NCBI GenBank assembly: GCA_020831535.1
Contig: JAFIGF010000186.1
Span: 1,813-65,812, forward strand
Origin: Opitutales bacterium
Lineage (GTDB): Bacteria > Verrucomicrobiota > Verrucomicrobiia > Opitutales > T3Sed10-336
Length of the DNA stretch: 64,000 bases
Direction of reading: 5' to 3'
Shown here: positions 19,011-28,272 of the stretch, piece after piece
Layout: each line of letters starts with the position of its first letter
Position numbering within the stretch: position 1 is the first letter of the stretch
Position numbers and translations under genes: made by a program
Notes under the pieces: model-generated
The model's input: only the letters and a program-made list of their open reading frames with translations
What the model was told of the DNA's origin: nothing
Databases searched by the model: none

Positions 19011-20465
19011 ATGCCTTTGCTTTTGCACGATACCTTTACCCGACAACTCAAGGAGATTCGGCCCTCCGACGAACGTTCCTTGCGTTTTTATTGCTGTGGG
19101 CCGACCGTTTACGCACCAGCCCATATTGGAAATCTTCGAACCTTTGTCCTACAGGACGTTTTCCGTCGCACCGTCGAAGCAACTGGTATTCCCGTACGAC
19201 ATGTTCGCAACCTCACCGATGTTGACGACAAAACCATTCGGGCAGCCAACGAACATAACCTTCCCCTGGAAGACTTTACCCGCCCATGGATTACCCGCTT
19301 CCAAGCGGATTGCCAATCCCTCAACATGCTGCCTCCAAGTGAGGAACCCGCTGCGACCGCACATATCCCAGAGCAAATAAAGCTGATCGAAACATTGCTC
19401 GCCAAAGGCCATGCCTACGCTACCGACGATGGTTCCGTTTACTTCAAAGTCACGAGCTTTCCTACCTACGGAAAACTCTCCCGCCTGGATGAACGGGAAC
19501 TTCAATCCATTGCCCCTGAAGGCCCCCAGGACGCCGACGAATATGAAAAAGCCGACCGGTCTGATTTTGCCCTTTGGAAAGGTCGCAAGGCCGAAGACGG
19601 CGAAGTCTATTGGAATGCTCCCTGGGGCCAAGGGCGGCCGGGGTGGCATTTGGAATGCAGTGCGATGAGCATGGCTGCACTGGGACAAACCCTCGACGTT
19701 CACGGAGGCGGCGTCGATCTTGTTTTCCCTCATCACGAAAATGAGATAGCCCAAAGCGAGGCCTGCACCGGGCAGATCTTCGTCCACCATTGGTTTCACT
19801 GCGCTCACCTCATGGTCGAAGGCGAGAAAATGTCCAAAAGCCTCGGCAATATGTACACCCTCGAAGACCTGACCAAAGACGGCCTCTCCCCTCTGGTTGT
19901 CCGGTTTGTTCTTCTGTCTGGACATTATCGGCAACAATTGAATTTCACCTTCAATGCCCTGCATGCCGCCAATGAGGCTATGCGCAAATTCAGCCAGACT
20001 CTCCTCCGCATCCTCCCCCGGGCAGAGATCGATCTAGAAACTTTTCGCCAATGGTGCAGCACCCCCGGTGACGAAAATAAACTCTTCGCCGAATCAACAT
20101 TGCTAAACGCTTGGAATCTTCTGTGCCGCGACCTCAACACCTCCGGCGCCTGGGGCCAATTAATGAAACAGCGCGGACAATGGGAAAAAGAAAAAGACCC
20201 CAAAATTTTGCAACGAGACCTGCGAGCTCTCGCCCACTTACTCTACGCCCTTGGCTTGGATCAGCTTCCCTTTACCCCGAAAAAGGAAAAAACCAACCCC
20301 GAAGCCCCTGCAGAAATTCGAGCACTCGCCGAGGACCGCTGGAAAGCCAAGGCGGACAGGGACTTTACCACCGCTGACCAGCTTCGCGAAAGTCTAAAAC
20401 AAAAAGGCTGGCTGGTTAAAGATTCCCGCGACGGCTACACCCTCAGCCCTGGCCAAAAATCATGA
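19011..20465 (+). CDS. cysS: Cysteine--tRNA ligase
   Basis: 484-aa ORF with the HIGH-type motif CGPTVYAPAHIGNLRTF and the motif KMSKSLGN. Confidence 0.95.
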   Translation: MPLLLHDTFTRQLKEIRPSDERSLRFYCCGPTVYAPAHIGNLRTFVLQDVFRRTVEATGIPVRHVRNLTDVDDKTIRAANEHNLPLEDFTRPWITRFQADCQSLNMLPPSEEPAATAHIPEQIKLIETLLAKGHAYATDDGSVYFKVTSFPTYGKLSRLDERELQSIAPEGPQDADEYEKADRSDFALWKGRKAEDGEVYWNAPWGQGRPGWHLECSAMSMAALGQTLDVHGGGVDLVFPHHENEIAQSEACTGQIFVHHWFHCAHLMVEGEKMSKSLGNMYTLEDLTKDGLSPLVVRFVLLSGHYRQQLNFTFNALHAANEAMRKFSQTLLRILPRAEIDLETFRQWCSTPGDENKLFAESTLLNAWNLLCRDLNTSGAWGQLMKQRGQWEKEKDPKILQRDLRALAHLLYALGLDQLPFTPKKEKTNPEAPAEIRALAEDRWKAKADRDFTTADQLRESLKQKGWLVKDSRDGYTLSPGQKS

Positions 20466-20956
20466 ACGTAAACCCGTACTCCTTACGTACCGGCATCGGT
20501 TACGACATTCACCGAATGTCATTCGGACGTCCCTGCGTTATTGGCGGCGTGACCCTCCCCTTTCCCTATGGACCAAACGGACACTCCGATGGAGATGTTC
20601 TAACCCACGCTATTTGCGACGCTTTGCTAGGTGCCGCCGGAGAACCGGACATTGGCAACCTATTCCCTGACACCGACCCTCAATACCAAGGGATCGACTC
20701 ACAAAAATTACTGGGACAAGTAAACCGTCGCTTACGCGAGAAAAATTTTCATATTATCAATATCGACGCCACTGTGGTTGCCCAAAAACCCTCCCTGCAA
20801 AAGCATCGGGAAACCATCGCCAAAACCCTCTCCCGCACTCTCGGACTGAAGCCAGAACAAATAAATGTAAAAGCTACTACCAACGAACAAATGGACGCCA
20901 TCGGCCAAGGTTTGGGCATATCAGCCCAAGCCATTTGCCTCCTATTTCAAGAATAG
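20462..20956 (+). CDS. ispF: 2-C-methyl-D-erythritol 2,4-cyclodiphosphate synthase
   Basis: 164-aa ORF containing GIGYDIHRM...GHSDGDVLTHAICDALLGA. It overlaps the cysS stop by 4 nt. Confidence 0.9.
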   Translation: MNVNPYSLRTGIGYDIHRMSFGRPCVIGGVTLPFPYGPNGHSDGDVLTHAICDALLGAAGEPDIGNLFPDTDPQYQGIDSQKLLGQVNRRLREKNFHIINIDATVVAQKPSLQKHRETIAKTLSRTLGLKPEQINVKATTNEQMDAIGQGLGISAQAICLLFQE

Positions 20957-20980
20957 AGAAAATACAAGGGTTCGAAACAT

Positions 20981-21001
20981 GGGAAATATTTTTTATTTCC
21001 C
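20981..21001 (+). terminator. Stem-loop after ispF (possible weak terminator)
   Basis: GGGAAATA-ttttt-TATTTCCC forms an 8-bp stem. No clear trailing T-run follows, so its function is uncertain. Confidence 0.25.
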
Positions 21002-21005
21002 GGCG

Positions 21006-21035
21006 TTGACCATGCAGCAGATTTCGTGCTAGATA
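21006..21035 (+). promoter_or_regulatory. Putative sigma70-type promoter of rpoN
   Basis: TTGACC (21006-21011), an 18-nt spacer, then TAGATA (21030-21035), about 35 nt upstream of the rpoN ATG. Confidence 0.3.
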
Positions 21036-21069
21036 GAAAAACAACCAGAACTTTTTCTGATTTTTCTTT

Positions 21070-22530
21070 ATGGCATCCATTAGTCAAGGTTTCGCCCAAT
21101 CCCAAAAAATGGCCCAGAATATGGTTCTGGCGCCACAGTTGCGGCAATCGCTGAAAATCCTTCAAAGCAGCGCACTGGAGCTTCAATCCGTCATTGCAGA
21201 AGAACTCGAAGTCAATCCCACCCTGGACGATTCTCCCATTGACTCGGTAAGTATAGAAGAGCCATTAGCCGACCAGAAAACCAACGATGAGAATGATGAT
21301 GGCAATGAATCCTCCAGTTCCGATGAGGCCTCTGAAGAATTTGAAATTTTGCGGCAATTGGATGAGGACTCCCGTGAATTCTACCGCGAATCCAACAATA
21401 CCAACAACTACGACAGTGAGGATGAGCGCCGACGGCAGCATTTTTTAGACTCCTTGATTGGTGAGACCTCACTGCAACAGCACCTCATGGAGCAAGCTGA
21501 ATTGTCCGGACTGGACGCCCAAGGCCTGCAGGCGATGGAGTATTTAATCGGAAGTTTGGACAACAAGGGATTTTTAACCAGCCCTCTCAGCGATCTCTCA
21601 CTCCATTCCAACCTGCCTCTACGCTCCCTCCAAGACGCCCTCGCACAATTGCAATCTTTCGACCCCCCGGGAATCGGTGCGCGGGACTTACAGGAATGTC
21701 TTCTCCTTCAACTAAGAAACCACCACCCCGAGGAATCACTGCCAGTTCGCTTGGTCCGGGACACCTTCGACCTCCTTATGCGTCGGCGCATTCCGGAAAT
21801 TGCAAGACGCTTGCAATGCTCCGTGGACGATGTTCAGGAAACCCTCGAAAAGATTGCCGAATGCGATCCCGCCCCGGGAAGACGTTTTAGTGATGACGAA
21901 AATCGCTCCGTCACCGCAGATGTCACCGTCGAATATGAGAAAGGAGAGTTCAACGTAACCCTTAATAATGATTTTATTCCGCGCTTGCGAATTTCCTCAA
22001 CATATAAAGAAATGTTGGCCAGAGGCCGACTCAAAGGAATAGAAAGAGAGTTTATTCGCGAAAAAATCCGTTCGGGAAAATTTCTTATCAGCTCAATTGA
22101 ACAAAGACAACAAACGCTGGAACGAATCACTTGGGTAATCATTCGCTATCAAGAAGATTTCTTTAAAGAAGGGGTGTCCAAGCTACGCCCCCTCACAATG
22201 ACCCAGGTTGCCCAAGAGGTTGGTGTTCATGAAACTACGGTTTCCAGAGCGATCGCCAATAAATATATCCGAACCCCTCATGGACTTTTTGAAATGAAAT
22301 ACTTCTTTACCCCCGGTTACCAAGGAGAGGACGGTAGCGCCGTTTCCAATAAAAGCATTAAAGACATGATCTCGGCTTTAATTGAGCGCGAACCACCGGA
22401 AAAACCTCTGAGTGACCAAAAAATCGTCAATCGACTCAAGGAAAAAAACATCACCATAGCCCGCCGAACCGTAGCCAAATACCGTGAAAGTATGGGCATT
22501 TTGCCCGCAAAGCTCAGGCGACAATATTGA
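21070..22530 (+). CDS. rpoN: RNA polymerase sigma-54 factor
   Basis: 486-aa ORF. It has a Gln-rich region I (QSQKMAQNMVLAPQLRQSLKILQ), an acidic region II, and a C-terminal HTH with the RpoN box ARRTVAKYR. Confidence 0.95.
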   Translation: MASISQGFAQSQKMAQNMVLAPQLRQSLKILQSSALELQSVIAEELEVNPTLDDSPIDSVSIEEPLADQKTNDENDDGNESSSSDEASEEFEILRQLDEDSREFYRESNNTNNYDSEDERRRQHFLDSLIGETSLQQHLMEQAELSGLDAQGLQAMEYLIGSLDNKGFLTSPLSDLSLHSNLPLRSLQDALAQLQSFDPPGIGARDLQECLLLQLRNHHPEESLPVRLVRDTFDLLMRRRIPEIARRLQCSVDDVQETLEKIAECDPAPGRRFSDDENRSVTADVTVEYEKGEFNVTLNNDFIPRLRISSTYKEMLARGRLKGIEREFIREKIRSGKFLISSIEQRQQTLERITWVIIRYQEDFFKEGVSKLRPLTMTQVAQEVGVHETTVSRAIANKYIRTPHGLFEMKYFFTPGYQGEDGSAVSNKSIKDMISALIEREPPEKPLSDQKIVNRLKEKNITIARRTVAKYRESMGILPAKLRRQY

Positions 22531-22646
22531 TTGATTGAAAAAAATCTGCAGTCACCTGGAATATTCACCACCGGGAATCGTTCTTATAAATAACTTCCTA
22601 ACCCCTCCAAGAGGAAATAAACGAACACAAGCCACCCTTCTCTCTT

Positions 22647-23117
22647 ATGAAAAATCTAATCTTTGCTATACTCGCCGTAAGCCTTGGAGCCTACGCCTTC
22701 AACAAATTCGCCGGGGCCAATGAACCGCTAGCTGAGGAAAACAAAAGCTCTGCTTGGACCGAAAATTACGAGGCCGCTTTGGCCACAGCCAAAGAAAACG
22801 ATAAAATGGTGCTCCTGAACTTCACCGGTTCAGATTGGTGTCCGCCTTGCATGCACATGGAATCTACCGTCCTTCATCAAGACAATTTCATTTCAGCCAT
22901 GGAAGGAAAAGTGGTTTTAGTGACCCTCGATTTCCCCCGTCGCACTGAACAATCACAGGAAATCAAAGAGCGCAACCAATCCTTAGCAGAGGAAGTTGGG
23001 GTCCGAGGATTTCCGACCTTCGTTTTAATCGACAACGAAGGCAACGAAATCCGCCGCACTGTGGGTGCTATGCGCGGAGGACCAGAGGCTTTCATTTCCT
23101 GGGTAAAGGAAGGATAA
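22647..23117 (+). CDS. Secreted thioredoxin-fold protein
   Basis: 156-aa ORF with a signal peptide and a WCPPC active-site motif (FTGSDWCPPCMHM). Confidence 0.75.
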   Translation: MKNLIFAILAVSLGAYAFNKFAGANEPLAEENKSSAWTENYEAALATAKENDKMVLLNFTGSDWCPPCMHMESTVLHQDNFISAMEGKVVLVTLDFPRRTEQSQEIKERNQSLAEEVGVRGFPTFVLIDNEGNEIRRTVGAMRGGPEAFISWVKEG

Positions 23118-23128
23118 GCCAATCCGAG

Positions 23129-23482
23129 TTATAACCTTTCCAGCCGTGACTCGCCGGAGCCACGGCTTTTCTTTTTTTTCGCAATCAGCCTCTTCCGGGG
23201 AACACGCAATAAACTCCACTCCTCAGGCGGCAGGTCAATTCCCCCCGGATGAAATGGTTGGCATTTCACCAAACGCAGAACAGTTAGAATAAACCCTTTA
23301 AAGAAACCATGTTTCAAAAAGCACTCTCTGGCATAACAAGAACAAGTCGGATAAAAGCGACAAGTTCCACCAAATGCCCCCAAAAGCAAATTCTTGAGCG
23401 GCGAGAGAGTTTTTTGATAAACCCATATAAAGGCTAAGGCCAGCGACCGTGGAGCTTCACTTAACTTTCGTAATAAAAACAT
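23129..23482 (-). CDS. yidD: Membrane protein insertion efficiency factor YidD
   Basis: Contains the motif YQKTLSPL...CRFYPTCSCYARECFLKHG. The start is placed at M24 of the track ORF (ATG on the complement of 23480-23482), directly after the ribB-fusion stop. Confidence 0.85.
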   Translation of the reverse strand: MFLLRKLSEAPRSLALAFIWVYQKTLSPLKNLLLGAFGGTCRFYPTCSCYARECFLKHGFFKGFILTVLRLVKCQPFHPGGIDLPPEEWSLLRVPRKRLIAKKKKSRGSGESRLERL

Positions 23483-23483
23483 C

Positions 23484-24596
23484 CTACAAAGGACACTGTT
23501 CAGAAATTTCCAAACCATACCCCTCCAAGCCAACCACATGCTTGACCCCACTGGAGGACAGAAGGCGGATTTTACGCAACCCCAAAGCGGTTAAAATTTG
23601 CGCACCTATACCGTAATCCCGCACATCCATACCTCCGGGCTCAGGCAAACTTCCCCCTCCGGGAGTTTGATGCAAAAGCCCTTTGATGCCCCTTTCCTTC
23701 TGCGTTATGTAAACAAATGTTCCCTGTCCTTCCTTGGCAATTCGCTGGAGGGCCTTTTCCATACTCCCGTGATTCTTCCAGTCGGTTCCGAGAAATACAT
23801 CACTCAGAATATGCTCACTCTGGACCCGCACCAAAAAAGGCTCAGGACCAGGAGTGCCCAGGGAAAGAGCAAAATGCAACCGATGGTCTAGCTTACTGCT
23901 GAATACCGTCAGATTAAAGTCTCCGTACGCTGTCTGCATCGGGCGTTCAAGAACCTTTTCCACCAATTTCTCCCGCTTGCGGCGATACTCAATCAACGAG
24001 GCAATCGAAATCATTTTCAACCCAAAACGATCCCGAAACTCCATCAGCTCAGGCAGACGAGCCATCGAACCGTCCTCATTCAAAATTTCACAAATAACCC
24101 CACTCGGGTGCAAGCCTGCCAAAGAAGCCAAATCCACCGAGGCTTCCGTATGGCCTGCCCGCTCCAAAACACCTCCCGGGCGCGCTCTGAGGGGAAAGAC
24201 ATGCCCCGGCTGCACCAAATCCTCCGAGGTTGCTTTCGGATCCGATAAAATGCGAATAGTCCTCGCCCGGTCATAAGCACTGATCCCCGTGGTAATGCCC
24301 TCCGCCGCGTCCACCGAAACCGTAAAATCCGTCCGGTGCGACTCCCGATTATCCCTCGACATCTGATGAACCCCCAGACGCCTCAATTGATGATCTGTCG
24401 TCGGCACGCAAATCAATCCGCGCGCATGCCGAATCATCATATTCACCTTTTCCGGCGAAACTTTACTCGCCGCCATGACCAAATCACCCTCATTTTCCCG
24501 ATCCTCGTCATCCGTGACAATCACTAACTCCCCTGCCCCTATAGCTTGGATCGCCTCTTCCACAGAATCAAAGATACTCTCATCAGAAACTTTCAT
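23484..24596 (-). CDS. ribB: DHBP synthase fused to a GTP cyclohydrolase II-like domain lacking the zinc Cys triad (RibBX type)
   Basis: The N-terminal RibB motifs are DDEDRENEGDLVMAA and GHTEASVDLA. The C-terminal GCHII-like domain reads VRVQSEHILSDVFLGTDWKNHG where RibA has RVHSECLTGD...RCDCG. The likely start is MKVSDES at 24596; the track ORF extends to 24641. Confidence 0.85.
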   Translation of the reverse strand: MKVSDESIFDSVEEAIQAIGAGELVIVTDDEDRENEGDLVMAASKVSPEKVNMMIRHARGLICVPTTDHQLRRLGVHQMSRDNRESHRTDFTVSVDAAEGITTGISAYDRARTIRILSDPKATSEDLVQPGHVFPLRARPGGVLERAGHTEASVDLASLAGLHPSGVICEILNEDGSMARLPELMEFRDRFGLKMISIASLIEYRRKREKLVEKVLERPMQTAYGDFNLTVFSSKLDHRLHFALSLGTPGPEPFLVRVQSEHILSDVFLGTDWKNHGSMEKALQRIAKEGQGTFVYITQKERGIKGLLHQTPGGGSLPEPGGMDVRDYGIGAQILTALGLRKIRLLSSSGVKHVVGLEGYGLEISEQCPL

Positions 24597-24817
24597 TAAA
24601 TCACCATAAGCCAAAAAGCCTCCCCCGCCAAGCCCGGACAATCCGCAAACTCGTCAATATCAAATAAATTACCTGGGAATTTATGAACAATCGGCTTTTA
24701 CTGAGATCATTTCCCCGGGGGATAGGGAAACCTACAACAATGTAAGTAATATCATTTTGCAGTTGGCAAGATGGGGTCACAAAACCTTGTTTCAAGGACT
24801 ACCTTTTTCAAGAAAAG

Positions 24818-24835
24818 CGGCAGCATGCTTTCTGC
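24818..24835 (-). terminator. Possible intrinsic terminator downstream of the transposase-like gene
   Basis: On the minus strand GGCAG-aaagcatg-CTGCC is followed by GCTTTTCTTG. The stem is short (5 bp). Confidence 0.3.
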
Positions 24836-24944
24836 CATCCAATAGAGAACCACGGCTTAGACGGAGAATCGAGTTTTTTAACTGCGGGATTTAGACTAAA
24901 ACCAAAATCTCAAAGGTTTACTCTGCCCAGTTTGAGCTTGAAAA

Positions 24945-25949
24945 CTATTTTTTCCAAAAACGTCTTTTACTACTACATACTTCGGAGAAAGCACTTTCCT
25001 TGGGAGGAGAATGTATGGCCAGACCCATTTCGTCTGTAAAAGCTTCCCAAACACCTTTTACAAAATCTAAAGTCCCCACAACAAGTCCGCGGTTAAGAGG
25101 AGCTACTATATGACGCCAAGCCGACTCTTTTTCAGCAGGGCGATGGGCAAAAAAAGCACTTGACTCGGACAAGTCACCTACGGCTCCTTTACCTGCCTTT
25201 TCGACGCTGCCACGACCTAAGAGGAAATTTCCATATTCCTCCAATAGGTACGAAACGTGAGCAGGCACAGTAGGGCTGTAGATGGTGATAAGCTCCTGCA
25301 ATCCTGGTCGAACCACTTTACGGCTTTGGGCCTCTCCGTAACCACTAAAGGCATAATCCCCCGGATCGTCGACCAACCCGGCACGCACAGGGTTCAATTC
25401 AATGTATGCAGCCACGGTTAGAAGCGCACGACTTCTTGGTTCGACCAGGACACTGACAAAACGTTCGTTCCAAACAGGGCCGAATCTTTTACGATGAACA
25501 TTTAACCAAATAGCAAAGCGCTGCTTAAATGTCTTCATAAACTGGGAAAGGTCGTGCATGCGAACTAAAAGACCGACTCGTACCTTTTCCGCCTCTTCTC
25601 CACCCCGTTTGAAGATTTCGGCAATTTCGTCAGGAGTTGGAGGCTCGTACCGTATCGCTCTCTCACTTTCCCTTAATTCCCGGTCCTCTTCATAAAGAAT
25701 CTGGTAACGGGCCATCAACTCCTCATCCGTAAGTTTGATTTTTCTTTTGTCCGGAACCCTCACCAACACATGGAAATGATTCGCCATCAAACAGTAAGTT
25801 AATATTTCCACCCCTGAAAACCCAGCGGCCCGGAAAAGCATTCTCCGCATTACGCCTTTCTCCTTTGGCCCGAACAACCTCTCGCCATTCACCGTCCTGG
25901 ATAAAACGTGATAAACTCCCTCCCCTTCCTTAACCACAATTCTTTTCAT
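24945..25949 (-). CDS. IS200/RayT-like HUH (Y1) transposase-family protein
   Basis: 334-aa ORF. The N-terminal domain YHVLSRTVNGERLF...YCLMANHFHVLVRVP carries the HUH motif (HFH), and YIELNPVRAGLV is the conserved Tyr region of Y1_Tnp proteins. No element ends were identified. Confidence 0.75.
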   Translation of the reverse strand: MKRIVVKEGEGVYHVLSRTVNGERLFGPKEKGVMRRMLFRAAGFSGVEILTYCLMANHFHVLVRVPDKRKIKLTDEELMARYQILYEEDRELRESERAIRYEPPTPDEIAEIFKRGGEEAEKVRVGLLVRMHDLSQFMKTFKQRFAIWLNVHRKRFGPVWNERFVSVLVEPRSRALLTVAAYIELNPVRAGLVDDPGDYAFSGYGEAQSRKVVRPGLQELITIYSPTVPAHVSYLLEEYGNFLLGRGSVEKAGKGAVGDLSESSAFFAHRPAEKESAWRHIVAPLNRGLVVGTLDFVKGVWEAFTDEMGLAIHSPPKESAFSEVCSSKRRFWKK

Positions 25950-25985
25950 ATTTTTATGTTTAGGTATTTTCGAAATAGTGTCAAC

Positions 25986-26014
25986 TCATTAATTACCTGT
26001 GAATTAATTAATGA
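25986..26014. repeat. Perfect 10-bp inverted repeat in the divergent transposase/tyrA intergenic region
   Basis: TCATTAATTA (25986-25995), a 9-nt loop, then TAATTAATGA (26005-26014). Confidence 0.6.
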
Positions 26015-26040
26015 ATTTTTGCTTGTGCTGAGGGTCTAAA

Positions 26041-26928
26041 TTGGACCAATTTGATAGGGTGTTTGAGCAAGTGACTATTTTGGGGGCGGGGCTTTTGGGA
26101 GCTTCGCTGGGGGAAGCGGCGAAATTGAAGAATTTGGTCGGGAGGGTCCATGTTTGGGCGAGAAGAGAGGAGATCCGGGAAAAATTGGATGCTGAAGCAA
26201 GGTGGTGTGACCGTTCTTTTGCCACTCCGGCAGAGGCCGTGGAGGGAGCGGATCTGGTGGTCGCTTGTACTCCTGTGGAGCATATTGTCGGACTTTTCGG
26301 AGAAATCCGGGGATCGCTTAGGAAGCAGGCCTTGGTCACGGACGTGGGAAGCGTGAAACAACAAATCTGTGAAGCCGGGCGAGCCTCTTTTTCGGGAAAA
26401 GGGATTTTCATTGGGTCTCACCCGATGGCGGGCTCGGAAAAAAGCGGATTGGAAAACGCGGATCCCCGGCTTTACGAGGGCCGAAATTGCTTCCTCACCC
26501 CCTTTGCCGATGAGGATATTGGCGTGCCTTTAACAAAATTACAGAATTTCTGGAAAGGTTTGGGGATGCGGGTCACCCTCACCTCACCGTCTGAACACGA
26601 CTACATTGTCGCTCAGATCAGCCATTTGCCTCATTTCCTCGCCTCGGCACTAGCCTATCATTTGGCGCAAAAACCTTCCTCTTGGGATAATTTGTGCGGC
26701 GGGGGCCTGAAAGACACCACCCGTATCGCGGGGGGTGACCCGGGGATGTGGACGGATATTGCGAAACAAAATCGTGGACAAATCCTTTCGGCTTTGGATG
26801 AATTCGAAGGTTCATTAAAACTTTTGCGTGAGCATCTTCACGCAGGAGAGGCTCACGCCATCAAGGAATTTTTAAAAACCGGCCAAACATATCGCCGCAG
26901 ACTGCCTAGCACCTATGACTCTGACTGA
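26041..26928 (+). CDS. tyrA: Prephenate dehydrogenase
   Basis: 295-aa ORF with an NAD-binding segment (ILGAGLLGASLG) and the motif GSHPMAGSEKSG. It overlaps aroA by 14 nt. Confidence 0.8.
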   Translation: MDQFDRVFEQVTILGAGLLGASLGEAAKLKNLVGRVHVWARREEIREKLDAEARWCDRSFATPAEAVEGADLVVACTPVEHIVGLFGEIRGSLRKQALVTDVGSVKQQICEAGRASFSGKGIFIGSHPMAGSEKSGLENADPRLYEGRNCFLTPFADEDIGVPLTKLQNFWKGLGMRVTLTSPSEHDYIVAQISHLPHFLASALAYHLAQKPSSWDNLCGGGLKDTTRIAGGDPGMWTDIAKQNRGQILSALDEFEGSLKLLREHLHAGEAHAIKEFLKTGQTYRRRLPSTYDSD

Positions 26929-28258
26929 CCCTTATCCAATCCTGCCTTTCACTCAACCTGCCTGCGGGTCGATCACCTTACCAGGATCGAAATCGATTAC
27001 CAACCGCGCTATGATTTTGGCAGCGCTCAGCAAAGGACAGGTCATTCTGGAGAATGCCCTATTCAGCGAAGACACATTAGTCATGGTGGAAGCTTTGCAA
27101 AAATTAGGCTTCACGGTCGAAGCCGAAGAAGCGCAAAAGCGGATTGTGGTGGAGGGGAAAGGTGGGAGAATTCCCAAGAAAAAAGCCTCATTATTTGTCG
27201 GCAACGCGGGAACGGCAGCTAGATTTTTAACGGCGTTTTGCGCCTCCGCCAACAGTGGTCGATACGAGATAGATGGAGACCCGCAAATGAGGTTTCGTCC
27301 CATGAAGGGTCTTTTGCAGTGTCTCCAGACACAAGGGGCACGAATTACCTCAAACAACGATTGTTTTCCGATTGAAATCCAAGCCAACGGGCTGCGAGGA
27401 GGAGATATTTCGATGGATGCCTCGGCCAGTAGCCAATTTATTTCGGCAGTATTAATGTTGGCGCCCTACGGGCAGAGAAATTTGCGTCTCCATCTTAAAG
27501 GCGAGACCGTTTCCAAGCCCTTCATTAACATGACTCTATCAATGATGAATCAGTTCGGACAACCTTTGTTTGGGTGTTCAAAAGATGGAGTTTATGAAGT
27601 TTCTTCCGGAAATGGATACGATGGACCGTTAGGCGGAGTATTTCAAATTGAAGGAGACGCAACAGCGGCCAGTTACTTTCTAACTTTACCACATTTGGTT
27701 GGTGGTGAGGTGGTGATACCGGGATTGCGATTTTCGGGGCTTCAGGGAGATGTTGATTATAACAAAGTCCTTCTGCAAATGGGAAGCAAAGTCATTCCGG
27801 AATCGCACGGAATGGTGGCAAAAGTCTCTGATACCAGCAGTTCCCGCAAGGCCGTATCGTATGATTTTTCTGATATTTCCGACACATTTCTGACTTTGGC
27901 CGCAGTCGCTCCCCTACTCAACGGGACAACACGGATCGAGGGAATTGAGCATACCCGCCGACAAGAGACTGACCGGGTAAAAGCTATGGCCTTGGAGTTG
28001 AAACGTCTGGGAATAGAAGTGACCGAGGAAGCAGGGGTGCTTACGATCATCGGAAACCCTAAAAAACTAAAAGCGGATACCACCATTCTCACACACAAAG
28101 ACCATCGCTTCGCCATGAGTTTTGCGATTCTTGGTTGTTATGACCTCAAGGGGGATGGAACCCCATGGCTATTCATTAAAGACCCCGGTTGTTGTGCCAA
28201 AACCTTTCCAAATTTCTTTGAGGTTTTGGAAAAACTTCACGGAGATTCCCATAAGTAA
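26915..28258 (+). CDS. aroA: 3-phosphoshikimate 1-carboxyvinyltransferase (EPSP synthase)
   Basis: 447-aa ORF with the motifs LPGSKSITNRA, GNAGTAARF and DHRFAMSFAILG. Confidence 0.95.
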   Translation: MTLTDPYPILPFTQPACGSITLPGSKSITNRAMILAALSKGQVILENALFSEDTLVMVEALQKLGFTVEAEEAQKRIVVEGKGGRIPKKKASLFVGNAGTAARFLTAFCASANSGRYEIDGDPQMRFRPMKGLLQCLQTQGARITSNNDCFPIEIQANGLRGGDISMDASASSQFISAVLMLAPYGQRNLRLHLKGETVSKPFINMTLSMMNQFGQPLFGCSKDGVYEVSSGNGYDGPLGGVFQIEGDATAASYFLTLPHLVGGEVVIPGLRFSGLQGDVDYNKVLLQMGSKVIPESHGMVAKVSDTSSSRKAVSYDFSDISDTFLTLAAVAPLLNGTTRIEGIEHTRRQETDRVKAMALELKRLGIEVTEEAGVLTIIGNPKKLKADTTILTHKDHRFAMSFAILGCYDLKGDGTPWLFIKDPGCCAKTFPNFFEVLEKLHGDSHK

Positions 28259-28272
28259 TAAAAGTCCCGGAG

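Noticed and set aside
24597-24944. A possible FMN (RFN) riboswitch in the roughly 350-nt leader upstream of the ribB fusion gene (minus strand).
   Set aside because: Reading the minus strand, I could not find the conserved RFN core segments (GGGTGAAATTCC..., CCGACAGT, AGTCYGGATG). Only a loose GATCTCAGTAAAAGCCGA resemblance is present. A covariance-model scan is still worth running.
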